Source: Balanoglossus misakiensis | Lineage: Eukaryota; Animalia; Hemichordata | NCBI GenBank assembly: GCA_040954595.2 | Contig: CM082579.2 | Span: 5,755,625-5,819,624, forward strand | DNA: 64,000 nt | Reading direction: 5' to 3' | Shown: positions 27,429-38,976 of the stretch, in pieces | Position numbering within the stretch: position 1 is the stretch's first letter | How the letters are laid out: each line of letters begins with the position of its first letter | The notes under the pieces: model-generated | What the model was told of the DNA's origin: nothing | The model's input: the letters and a program-made list of their open reading frames with translations, nothing else | Database searches by the model: none | Program-made: the position numbers and the translations under genes

Positions 27429-29435
27429 CTATTTGATGCCTGTGTTCCTCATGGTGGGTGCTGTACAGACACCTTTGCCTTCCACTTTGAACGGCGTTCC
27501 TTTGTACGTGGCGACTCCATCGTCCTTCACCAGGAGGTCTGGCTGAATTCGCTCCCACACTTTCTTCTTGGGGTTCATCTGGGGAGGGTAGCCACCAACT
27601 GAATGGGAAAATGAGATGAAAAAAGTCTTTCCAGTTGACCTGCACTTGACATCTTTAACACCAATTTCATTCTTGGACTTCTTGAGCAACTATAATTAAT
27701 ACTAGATACAGAAGTAACTTATAACAGCTATAGTCAGTGGCAGGCAGAATACATTTGCTTGTCATATTACTCACGGGCGTAGCTATCAAAGCTGACCCTG
27801 TCTCCCACAACACTGCCCTCTGGAGGATCAAGCAGTTCCACTTTCTCGGGTGAACTTGCACACATCACCATAGCCTCACTGAAAATACCGCGCATTTTGA
27901 CCGGCTTCAGGTTGCAACATACAACCACAAGTCGTTTTGACATCTGGGAAGGAAACATTTTTTTAATGGAAAAGTTGAATTAAACGGGAAGGAATCCAGG
28001 AAAACGACGTTTGCCCAAAAGAAAATAATTTCTGCATGCACAATAATCAAATAATCTTCAGACAGATACAATACACACAAATAGTACCTGACTAGCTTCA
28101 TAATGTTTGACCAGACCAGAAACCACGGTCCTCGGTTTTTCCTCCCCACACTCTATCTCCTCCACATACAGGGTATCCGCATCAGGATGTTTCTCTGCAC
28201 TGTTGATGTATCCAATGCGTAGATCCAGAGCGCTGACATCAACATCCTCCAAGGGCGCCTTGCCCTTGTTGCCCTTGTCACCTTTGCCCTCTGAAGAACA
28301 TAATTAAAGTTGCGCTCTATTCTCGTTGATCTTTGAATTTGTGGACTGGAGGTATATACTGAAATAACCTATACATGTCCACTACATTCAGAGTACAATT
28401 GTAAATACGCTACCTTTTTTCTTTGGTTTCTCAGCTGGTTGTTTCTGTTCTGTTGAAGGGGCAGCTGCAGCCCGCGGTGTCTCCTTGGCTGGTGGTGCAA
28501 TATTTTGTCCATTGGCCACAGTTGATGCATTTGCGGCACTGGGCAAGGGAATCTGTTTGACTGGAAATGAAATACAGAATGGGTTTTTTGTCTGTTACAT
28601 TATACTGTGAGGAATGTGGTCTTTTGGCACATATATTGACAGCCAAGCTAAAAAAAATTCTACTATAACCATATCATGCTATTACCAATCATTTTGCTGA
28701 TCACACACACACAGTTGCCATGGTTCAGGTATACTCACATCCATTCTGTCGTTCGAGATAAATCAGTTTATTTTTCATGACTTCGATGTCCTTCTTCAGC
28801 TGTTCATTCTCAGCCTCCAGTTTCACTTCCTCATCGGCCAAGGCACTCACTGGGATAAGAACAGAGACACATTGTGTGTTTAGTATGTACAGTAAAATCT
28901 GTACACGTCCATACCATATGTGTGATTGACAAGAGATGGGAGGAAATTCCTGACATGACGTTGCAGCTTATTACCTGCATTTTTCTTGAGTACTTCCACC
29001 TTTTGTTTCAGAGATCTGATAGTTTCGTCTGCTTGCTTGGCTCTCAGTTCCAGTCTTTTGATGGTGTCTGTGGCTGCCATTCTAAACACTGATCTGGCAA
29101 TCAACCTGTCAAGTAAAAGAAAAAACATTGTATTTTATGGTAGTTTTTCATGATTTGGTGTAAAAGTAATAATACAGGACATCCATTGACCGTGTCTAAG
29201 GTTACCGTGTCTCTTGCTTGACCTTGTACACAGTCCACTCCCTATGCCTAGTAGTAGAGCTGTGTTTGACCATTGCCAGCTGTCGATGTCAATGTCATCC
29301 TGTCTGTACGGACGTACAAGATGTGCCTGTTTTAGTTCTGGTTTTGATATGTAAGAACATCGCATTACCAAGCAAGAGCAACAAGACAGTTTACAAGCAA
29401 AAGAAACGGTGTTTCACAAATAGACAAACTTACAT
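27429..29435 (-). CDS. AIMP1: Aminoacyl-tRNA synthetase complex-interacting multifunctional protein 1 (p43/pro-EMAP II)
   Basis: Minus-strand exons: 29435-29434 (AT of a split start codon), 29105-28975, 28849-28739, 28560-28414, 28290-28088, 27943-27775, 27598-27429. All introns are GT-AG and the frame is continuous. The protein is 301 aa from the ATG at 29080, or 310 aa from the split ATG. N-terminal coiled coil MAATDTIKRLELRAKQADE..ENEQLKKDIE; Lys/Pro-rich linker; EMAP II OB-fold motifs LDLRIG, KHPDADTLYVE, PRTVVSGLV, NLKPVKMRG, NPKKKVWE. Confidence 0.95.
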
Positions 29436-29663
29436 GAAGTTTAAAACGAGGAAACTTCACTGATTTCCACCACATGTGAAGTACCCGCAGACCAGCCGGG
29501 AAAAGGAAAGATTTACAAACAAACAAATCGGGACACTTCCTCTGTTGAGGGCGCTAAACAAGATGGCGGCCCACACAGAACTGAAAACACCCGTCCAGCG
29601 ATAGTACGATCGCGGTTCGCGGACTGTCAGTGTCACTTTCATTTGTTTCTTGGGGGTCTTGAG
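29434..29663. promoter_or_regulatory. Compact bidirectional promoter with the first exons of AIMP1 and TBCK
   Basis: A minus-strand donor (AT|GTAAGT at 29434) and a plus-strand donor (GAG|GTAAGA at 29663) lie only about 230 bp apart. The interval is CpG-rich and has a YY1 consensus CAAGATGGCGGC at 29559-29570 and ETS-like GGAA cores. Confidence 0.75.
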
Positions 29664-29899
29664 GTAAGATATAGCCTGTATTTTAATGCAGAAACAAAAA
29701 ATTTCGTATCCCCTGAGAAATTAATTCTCTGATCGCCCAAGACGCGCTGACCGACGCAAAACGATTCACAACCACAACATCAACAAATGAACAAAGGAGG
29801 GGGCGGTGCTCTGCACTGTGCCACTGAACTCCCAATGCTACGTACATTTGTACATGTTTTCCTCTTTTGTATCCCAAAGGATTAAAAGAAGTGTGTGAA

Positions 29900-30100
29900 A
29901 TGCAGCCTTTAGGGAAGGCAGAGTTGGGAGTGTCCACGTTCTTTGCCTCGCCTCACGGCACTGACAAGTGCGGAGCCAATGGACTACCACTGACGCCCAA
30001 CTCCATTAAGATCCTGGGCCAGTTTCAGAAGTTAAAGACAATCACATATCCAAGACTTTGTCAGTATGTGGACATGGTCAGGGGGAAACATGGTGAGTGT

Positions 30101-30174
<74 letters not shown>

Positions 30175-30188
30175 GCGATGACGACGAC

Positions 30189-30220
<32 letters not shown>

Positions 30221-33200
30221 GGATGATGGTGATGGTGATGGTGATGAGGATGATGACGATGATGATGATGAGGTGATAGTCAGGTTTGGGGATAGGCATA
30301 AGATCCTTTATAGAAACAGCTATACCAAGGTGGATTCAAACAGAATGGTTGATGAACACTGGCAATATTTACCAGCTTTAACTTCTGTTATTTAAAACTG
30401 GAGACAATATTGTCGGATTTCATCATCTATTCCAATAAGATATGGATACACTTTTAACGTTAATAAATTATAACTGATTTTGTTGCGATATCTCTGATCT
30501 ATAAATTTCATGTTTGTGGCTTGAAAGATGCCGAATTCAGGTTCTCACAACATTAATACATGTACCGGTAATACCCTTTGACAACCATTATTTGTTGATT
30601 TGATGCAGAGAGGCTGATAGTGGTACATGAATACTATCAGAGATGTCTGGAAAGTGAGGTGGCTGCTGGCAAATTTCAAAGGTAAGCAATGAACATCATG
30701 CCCCAGTAATACAGGTATTGATGATTAGCTTATTTAATTTCTCTTGGTCAAGTGATAATTAACGTCCCAACTTACAAGCACACGTTTTGAATACTGCCGT
30801 CATGACCGGGAATTTTTGAAATGAAAATGCCCCTACAGAATATCACTGATTGGTTTCTTTGTAAAATTATTTTCAGTGCCTCAGACATACTCCAAATGGC
30901 ATATGAAACTCTGCAAGGGTTGGCCTACATGAACAAACATGGTATAATCCATAGGAATTTAGCACCATGTAACATGTTGCTTGATCCAGAGGTAAGGATA
31001 GCTTCTACACAGTCAAAATGGCTTAATCTTTAATTCTTCTATAGCGTGTTGCAATGGTTTGGTGTAAACTAATTTATTAATGTATCTAATTCTAATCAAT
31101 GTCATATACAATGGAATATTGTTATTTACATTTTCTAGGGTCATGTCAAGTTGTCTGGTTTTGGTCGATACTATATGACTGATGGAGGTGCTGACATCAC
31201 ATTTCCTATTGGGTGAGTAAAGATGTGTTGTTTTTTAAATTAGATTTATTAGAAATATTTCATTTTTGTTAAAATTACAGATTCTCATAATAAAAATTAT
31301 TGTTTCTTTTTTTTCAGTTACCCACGATACACTGCACCAGAGGTGGTCGTAACGGAACCACTACGATTCATTGAACATTTTGGTCAGATGCAGACTGTGA
31401 CTGCATCACCTAAGTCGGGTCCCAAAGTGGACGTGTGGTCACTGGGCATGATACTGCTTGAATTGTACCTGGGATCTCAGTTGTGGCCATCCTTCACCCT
31501 CCCTCAACTCTTTGCCAAGATACTGTTTCTTGCCAGACACGGTGAGAGCGAACACCCTCTTGATGTCATCATGAAGGAACATAATGCAAAAAACAAACTC
31601 AATGTAAGTTCTAACTCTTACTTTTTGCAATGAAAAATATATACTTTCTCAGTCTTTAATAAACATTTTCTGAAGGCCTTACTTTACCAGTCCATGTGTT
31701 GTGAAGATGTGATGTGTGTTGATTATGATGCAGTTGGCATTTGCTTTTCATAAAGTCCCACTCTTTCTTTTTCATGAATGTCTGTAGGAAATGCCAGGGA
31801 GCATACACACATTAATACGTCTCTGCTTGATACCAATGCCAAGCAAAAGGTGAGTTGCCAGTGTTTGGAGACTTTTTTTTTCTGAAACGTTATCCCTAAG
31901 GTGTGTAGCAGTTGAGGAGGAAGATGAAGCTGATATAGTGGTTACACTTCTAAAAATTGTTTGTGAATGTGCTTATAAACTAAATCACATATCTCAATTT
32001 GGTTTTTATAGTGAAATTATAGGAGTTTTCCTGACGCAACTCAGGTAGAGTCTGACCCCCCAATTCTGCCAAGGATCATAGTGTGACAAATCATGTATCT
32101 ATTGTCTTGTCCTATTTGTAGACCCAGCCCGAGTGATTTGTTAAAAAATGAGATCTTCAAAGAAATCCGGGACAGAGAAACGCCCTACGAGGAACCCATA
32201 CCGCTGTTTTCAACAAAGTTGCGATGTGAAAAGTTAGAAATTCCAGAGTATGACGAAAACGCCCAGATAGGTATGTACTCAGACCAAGACCAGAAGTGGT
32301 CTGTTAGAATTCCATGTTTCCCCCAGTCCAGGAAGAATGTCTGAACAACTGTGGTTGGTGATGAACTGTGTCATTCTGTTGTTTGTCACAGATGAAGAAG
32401 ACCATCTAGGCCACAGGAGCATCGATGAAATCTACTATCTGTGGTGTCTGGCAGGGGGCAACTTAGAGAATGAACTGAAAAAGAAGGGTCTGATAACAAC
32501 ACAACCACCCGTCTGTGGCCTGCCTGAGTAAGTCACATCGTTATCACTCTCCACCCCCTCTAACATAATGGTATGATCTCACCCTTTCCCTCACACACAT
32601 GCTTGTTCCCTTGCATGTTTTGATGGCCTACTGCAGAGGAACCTAGATGATATTCAGAGAATTTACGATACAACTACCCCTTCCCCTCCATAAATACTCA
32701 GGCCTCATTGCATGCCCAGTAATTTCTGATACATGTTGACCACCCCCACAGTGTAATCACATTGGAAAATGATCGATACGGCCTGGTCAGGGATTACAGC
32801 TTTCTGCTTGACGATACAACAATCTGCATATCCCTGGAACCGCTCCGTAAGAGACTGGAGAACATAGATGCATCGGCGTATTATCCTCTCCTGGAAGATG
32901 AGTAAGTATGGTGAAATTTCTGGAAGTTGTGTTAGATAACATTTAGTTCTTTCCTGTAGTCTATGGTACTGAAACATACTTATGGCAAACTTTCATTCTT
33001 TCTGTGCAGGAAAAACAGCAGTTTGCACACTTCAGCCAGTAGCAATGATTTACTAGAAGTTGTTATCAGAGAAAAGGATATAGAATATCAGGTAAAGGAT
33101 CAGCTCTTGCATTGTTTTTATTTTGAATGACATGACTGCAATGTAAAGGCAACAGCCACTGATTTCCTCACTTCTCTTGTTGATTTCTTAATTCATTTGA

Positions 33201-36200
33201 AACTTTTGTTTTGATTCATCAGAAGATAATGCTATGTTTCATTTGTGATCAGTTCCATAGAATCATCCTGTACGAGAGACTGCTGAAGGGTTATCCCTAC
33301 AACAGAGAGAGAATTTGGAAAGAGGCCAGAGTTGATACCCCTCCGTTCGTCAGGAATCTCGTGTGGGCCGCTCTGCTTGGTGTTGAGGTGAGACTGAGAG
33401 TGCTGCCTCAAAGTGTTTGGCATCATGAAAAAAAGTTGGCAAAATTAGAGAAATGAAAAATAGCATTTTTATCTCAAACTGCCTGGAAAGTCTTGGGATT
33501 TTGAGTGAGTTTAAGGATGTGAACCATCTTCTCATTATCTTCTGTTGCATTCTAAACTTCTTGTTTTCATTCATTTTCCAGGGAAACATACAAGGCAGGT
33601 ATGATTCCATTGACAAAGAGACCCCCATACCAACAGACAGGCAGATAGAAGTGGACATTCCCAGATGTCATCAGTACGACGAGCTGTTGTCCTCGCCGGA
33701 GGCCCACGCCAAGTTCAAGAGAATCCTCAAGGCCTGGGTGGTGTCCAATCCGAATTTGGTCTATTGGCAGGGATTGGATTCGCTCTGCGCTCCGTTCTTG
33801 TATTTGAACTTCAATAATGAAGGTAGGAGTGTAGGCTAAGCCATAGCAGTACATGTAGTTTGATCATGAAATGTAGAATCATTACATGCATTGATGTTCA
33901 TCTTAATTGTCTGTTCTGCAAGTTTTAACCTCACAAACCAGAAAATGATATGCTTTATCTCACGTTTCCCAACAGCACTGGCGTTTTCCTGTTTCACAAA
34001 TTTCATTCCGAAGTACCTCAACCAGTTTTTCTTGAAGGACAACTCTCCAGTCATCCAAGGTGAGCGATTACAATACAGTCACAGTCACCAGACAGTTACT
34101 AAAAAAGTGACCAATGATCATGGTTTTTCTGGTGTTTCATTTCATTTCACTCAGACCATCTATGCAGTTGCCAATTCAGTGAGCCCAGTCTTTGCTACTG
34201 ATATGTAGATTGTGTTATTTTAGATTTGAGAGTGGTGTGAGGAGATTATTTCATGACTTATCACAATTTTCCTTGAATTTCCCACACAGAATACTTGGCA
34301 GTTTTCAGTCATCTGATTGCTTTCCATGATCCGGAACTCAGCAATCACATGGATAGCATCGGATTTATTCCAGAACTCTACGCCATACCGTGGTTCCTGA
34401 CGATGTTTGCACGTAAGTGACCCTAAGAAGAATCTGTCACAAAAACCTTCAATTTATAGACTCATATAGATGGCCTATGCAATGTGGTTTATTCATCACC
34501 AGACATAAATGCATTTAAGTCTGTGCTGTATATGTATATTAAGCATGCAAAATTAGACTTTACCCAGATGAAATTATTTTTCACACTTTTTATTTTTTTT
34601 CAGATGTGTTTCCTCTGCATAAAATATTTCACCTGTGGGATACCTTGTTGCTAGGCAACTCATCTTTCCCCCTGTGCATTGGTGTCGCCATCTTACAACA
34701 GCTCCGAGATCAGCTTCTGTCATTTGGTTTCAACGAGTGCATTTTACTCTTCTCTGATATGCCAGGTGAGAGACTTTTTACTTTTGGTTCAGACTCCTCA
34801 TGAGGAAAACTGAGGGTTTGTGTTTTCATTTGCTGGATTGTTTTGTCTTTGCAGGCACTGACATTGAGAAGTGTGTGCGTGACTCCATTCGTATCTTCTG
34901 CAACACACCCAAGAGTGCGACGTTCAGGCAACACGCCCACCCCCACAAGGGAGTGGGAAGTGCCAAATTGAGTCACTACGTCGCCAAACCCGTGTCCTAC
35001 TACAGTACAGATTACCATGATGTTCCAAAGACAGACTTGGTGAGTTGAGTCGTTGCTATTGAATATAAATGAACTAAATTTGAAATTTAAATGGGGAAAA
35101 ATTAAGCAACACTTGCATTTGTACTGTTTCTTTTGTATGAAATGTTTATAATTTTATTTGAAATTATTCAATAATTATCAGTCACGCATTAAAAGTACAT
35201 GAAATTTGATGAATGCTTTACCACTGGTATACTGTCCTACAGTCCTTGGAGAAATAGTATCGCCCCTAGAATACTAAGATGATTGTCACGAAACGCTTAC
35301 TGACCACCAGATTCTTGCATTGACACCTGCTTGACAGAAGATTCTGGTGGTCGGCTTGATCTTGGAGACACTTGAACAGTGGCCGGTGAATTCTGAGCTG
35401 CTATGTGGCATACTGACACCGAGAGTGTATACTCCCCAACCATCGTCACCCAACATTTCAGTGAGACGGTTCCGTCTTCCTTGTCGGAGATCTTGACGTC
35501 ACCCCTTGTTTCATCCGGGGCTTTGAAGACGGCGAGTACGTCGCTGCTTTTGATGCGATAACCTCTGACCTTGTCCCCAGTGCGGACTCCTGTCGCGACT
35601 GTAGCACAGATCACGTCACCGACGCTTGCACTTTGCGGGAAATCGATGAGCTGGTGCTGAGCCAGGAGCAAGACTCCCACGTCGAAGTTCTTGGGTCTGT
35701 AGAGCGTGTCGCCGGTTTTGAACACCATGTAGTCGTCGGCCGCCGGAGGGACTCCGGTGGCGGTGGCCATCGCCTGCTCCGTCCGCTGGTCCATGTCCGC
35801 CTTCCTGGAAAGCATCTGCGAGGCGTTGTGGCCGTGGATCAGGCCTTCCGCCTGTTCCCTGGTGCCGGTCAGTCCTGCTATGGCCGCGTCCAGTTCCTCC
35901 ACCTGGGCTGCCAGCTTCTCCCGCCTCTCGCCGTACTCCTCCCGGAGTTCTTCCAGCAGCTTCCGGCCGTTGCTCTCGATTTTGGCCGTGGCCTGTCGGA
36001 CCATTCGCTGCACGTACTGGGTGGCTTTCTCCTGCTGCGCGTGGAACTGGCCGTCCAGGGACTCCATCATCCGCTGCACGGCATCTCTGCTGCGCGTGGC
36101 CTCCCCTTCTCTGTCGGCCAGGGCCTGCACGGTCTCCGCCAGATCTTCCTGGTACCTCTCGGCCATGTCCGTCAGACAGCTGCATCTGTGATCGGGCCTC

Positions 36201-38297
36201 TGGTGCTCCACCACCGTGCACTCGGTGCAGACCAACCTCTCGCAGGTGTGGCAGTAAAACTTGGCCCGGTTTTCTGGGTGAGCGGCGCAGTAGACGGGCG
36301 GCTGCACAGAGGTTGGATCGTTGACCTTGGCGTCTTCGTACTCCTCGATGGAGATGGTGGCGTGCGCCCGCGTGATGGGAAGTCTCTGGTGGAGGAGTTG
36401 GCACGTGTGGCAGAAAGAAGCGTCGCAGTCTATGCAGCGGACTTTGAAGTTGCCCGTCGTGCAGGTGGCACACCCGTCACCCTGCTCCGCCGCCGGCTCC
36501 CTGGAGACCATGGCATGCCGGAACTTCCCAATGTGTTCCTCCAGCGTGTTGGCGATGAAGTTGGCCGGGAAATCGGACACCCCACCCGGCGGGAGGGGGT
36601 GCTCCGCCCGGCAGATGGGACAGGCGACACTCCGGCCTCGGCCCGCCACCCTGGTCAAGCACTGCTCACAGAAGGTGTGGAGGCATGGCAGCCCCTTGGC
36701 GTTCCTGAACAGCTCTGAACAAATGCTGCACTGCAGCAGGTTCTTGTCGAGCGCCTCCAAAAGCTCCAAGATTGTCTCGTTGGTCGTCATGGTGCAGCTA
36801 TAAGCCGGGCCCAAGTGACCTTGGGTCTTCCTGCTTATACGTACAAATGTACAGGGAAGCAGTGTTGAAATTCTTTCAATGGCGGCAACCTCACTGACCC
36901 GAGCATAAAGTGCACTGAAACAACCAGGAAGTTAAGTGGCCCTGCTTATGCTCACGTGACTCGTGAATCATAAGGTAATGGTGTGAGCATCTTTCCAATG
37001 TAGGTCACCAAGCCTCACTTTGGAGTCAAAGTGAAACTATGTCGAAGTAAAAAAATATGCCTATATTAACATTTCCACCAACATGGTTTGGTTAAAGTGA
37101 AATGTTTTCTGTGGTAAAACTGGGGTCTCCAGCTTTTAACTAGGCAGCCCTGATAAACCAACCTGCGCTATTTACACACAGGTTATATTTTAGCGAACCA
37201 GTCAGTCAGCAAGCCATGACCTTTTGACAGACTGTCAAGGTCATCTAAAAATTAGGTTACTTCAGTCATCAAAACTGGGAAAATTTGTAGATAGCTATAT
37301 TCTGGTGGGCTTTAATGTTACATGTCTCATTCATTTTTCCTTTCTGACTGGCTGTCATACATAAGAAAAATTTTTTATGTGAAAATAACCCTGTCATTCA
37401 AAGTCCAATTTTTTTCCAACTTTTTTGACACAGTCCCGGGAGCCACTGTTGTTGGACGAATTGAAATCCGAGGTGTGCCCCAGAATCTCGGCGGAAGATC
37501 TGATAGACCTGGCTGAATTGAAAGGACCGAGTGAAACGCGAAGTCCCACCAAGAAGAACAAGGCCAGCAGACCCAAGATTCTGGTGGTGGACGTCAGGAG
37601 CTGTGAAGAGTATCCTTTGATTTGTCGCACACAAAATGTCGTCTACTCTCTCCGATAATCTTCACTCTTTCACTCGCGACTATATCATAACCCTCTGTCC
37701 CTCTCCCTCCCTACCTCCCTCCCTCCCTCTATCCATGGTATTCTCTCCCCTTTCCCTGTAACTCATGTTTTGAATTATCATGTGCAACACCAAGTTTTTG
37801 TCCTTAATTTTTTTTCCCTCAGTTATAACCGCGGTCACATTCCCAACAGTGTAAATATACCGTTCAATCAAGCTTTCAGTCCGGAAGGGGATTTGGTCTC
37901 TTGCCCGGCTGTGACAACCCTCTACGGACACAAGGGAAGAGTTATTGCCATCATAGCAAACAAAGGCAAAAATGCTCCGAATGTAAGTAGTGTAATATCG
38001 AAATGTTACTCACTGCCCAGTGATGTACTGTGAGCTGTGCTCTACTGAAGTATAGTGTACCGTGTTGTGTTGTAGTTTATTAATATATATTGGTATTTAG
38101 CATCTGTGACATAAGAAGACGTTTGATGGAGTGTATGCATTAGCATATAGACTGACTCTTTTCCCTTGTCACCATTATCTCTGCAGTTTGCCAACCAGAT
38201 GGTGAAGCTTGGCTTTCCCAAAGTGTGTGTGATGCATGGTGGGATAGAATGTCTTCGACCGACGGGATTACTGACAGTGGCCACGCCAGAACTTTGA
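29900..38297 (+). CDS. TBCK: TBC domain-containing protein kinase-like protein (pseudokinase-TBC-rhodanese)
   Basis: Exons: 29900-30092, 30609-30681, 30877-30991, 31139-31212, 31318-31603, 31788-31849, 32122-32270, 32392-32527, 32752-32901, 33010-33091, 33253-33387, 33582-33822, 33976-34059, 34290-34412, 34604-34765, 34855-35039, 37434-37609, 37823-37982, 38187-38297. Total 2697 nt, 898 aa. Signature motifs [17 protein letters not shown]; TBC fingers [10 protein letters not shown] and YWQGLDSL; [11 protein letters not shown]; rhodanese [18 protein letters not shown]. Confidence 0.96.
30101..30272. repeat. (GAT)n microsatellite, imperfect in its 3' half, intronic in TBCK
   Basis: Long GAT run with GAC/GGT/GAG variants starting just after the G|GTGAGT donor at 30092. 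Confidence 0.95.
35153..35158 (-). terminator. Putative polyadenylation signal of the nested TRIM gene
   Basis: AATAAA on the minus strand about 140 nt after the TAA at 35297, still inside the TBCK intron. Confidence 0.5.
35297..36790 (-). CDS. Intronless tripartite-motif E3 ligase (RING, B-box1, B-box2, coiled coil, filamin-like), TRIM45-type architecture, nested in a TBCK intron
   Basis: 497-aa ORF from ACCATG at 36790. [21 protein letters not shown]; B-box1 [18 protein letters not shown]; B-box2 [24 protein letters not shown]; helical coiled-coil segment; filamin-like [26 protein letters not shown]. No NHL or SPRY domain. Confidence 0.93.
   Translation of the reverse strand: MTTNETILELLEALDKNLLQCSICSELFRNAKGLPCLHTFCEQCLTRVAGRGRSVACPICRAEHPLPPGGVSDFPANFIANTLEEHIGKFRHAMVSREPAAEQGDGCATCTTGNFKVRCIDCDASFCHTCQLLHQRLPITRAHATISIEEYEDAKVNDPTSVQPPVYCAAHPENRAKFYCHTCERLVCTECTVVEHQRPDHRCSCLTDMAERYQEDLAETVQALADREGEATRSRDAVQRMMESLDGQFHAQQEKATQYVQRMVRQATAKIESNGRKLLEELREEYGERREKLAAQVEELDAAIAGLTGTREQAEGLIHGHNASQMLSRKADMDQRTEQAMATATGVPPAADDYMVFKTGDTLYRPKNFDVGVLLLAQHQLIDFPQSASVGDVICATVATGVRTGDKVRGYRIKSSDVLAVFKAPDETRGDVKISDKEDGTVSLKCWVTMVGEYTLSVSVCHIAAQNSPATVQVSPRSSRPPESSVKQVSMQESGGQ
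37610..37822 (+). other. U12-type (minor spliceosome) GT-AG intron in TBCK
   Basis: 5' splice site GTATCCTTT; branch site TCCTTAAT at 37801-37808, 12 nt before the terminal AG. Removing it restores the frame (RSCED YNRGHIP). Confidence 0.9.
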
Positions 38298-38806
38298 TCA
38301 TCGACAATGTGTTGTCCACATGCCAGGATAAATGTATGCGACATGAGACATTTGTTCCTCCCTCTGAAGAAGTCCCCTTGGTATAGAAGAGTGGACATAT
38401 GCATGACGATTTGTTTTGCTATGTGATTCAATGTGGCTGCATGCCAGCCATTTGAAACTGTTTAAATGTATATTCTCAGAGAGAATACTTCTCAATATGC
38501 ATGTCTGATAAATTTTCTCCTTACACCTTGTGTGACTTAATTCTGTACACCACAGTACCAAAATAGCTAATGTTCTATTGTAACTTTTAGTTGTAACTTC
38601 CATATGAGTTAGGAGAAGTTCCCTTTATGTCTGTACACAGTCACTCCAGACTGTGGTCTGTATCGAGTTTGATTTTTGAAAGGTGCAGAATTCTCTGACG
38701 TTGAGGGCGCTCTGTCGGACTGCAGCAGCTTTTGTCTCTTTGATCAGTGATGTGATCATTACATTAGAAAGTGCAATACAGCTTAACACTTAATGTATCT
38801 GGGTGA

Positions 38807-38812
38807 AATAAA
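38807..38812 (+). terminator. Putative polyadenylation signal of TBCK
   Basis: AATAAA about 510 nt after the stop codon. Confidence 0.55.
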
Positions 38813-38970
38813 GAGGACATGTACATTATACCGAACATGAAGTTTCACTGCTTCCCATTTGTCAGTCATTTCAAATGTGTGTCTGCTCTCTATGGAACAC
38901 CTTAGCTGTAAATTTCTAACAATCATCAAAGATATTGACAAACAAGCTCTTTTATGTTGGTGGTAAAAAC

Positions 38971-38976
38971 TTTATT
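38971..38976 (-). terminator. Putative distal polyadenylation signal of FBXW7 (3'UTR up to about 4 kb)
   Basis: AATAAA on the minus strand, facing the TBCK 3' end. Other minus-strand AATAAA hexamers occur more proximally, for example 39913-39918 and near 41490. Confidence 0.4.

Noticed and set aside
30066-30395. Poly-Asp and poly-Ile ORFs
   Set aside because: Artefacts of the intronic (GAT)n microsatellite, out of frame with TBCK.
35616-36803. 361-aa plus-strand and 285-aa alternative-frame ORFs over the TRIM gene
   Set aside because: Shadow ORFs caused by GC-rich codon usage; no domain signal.
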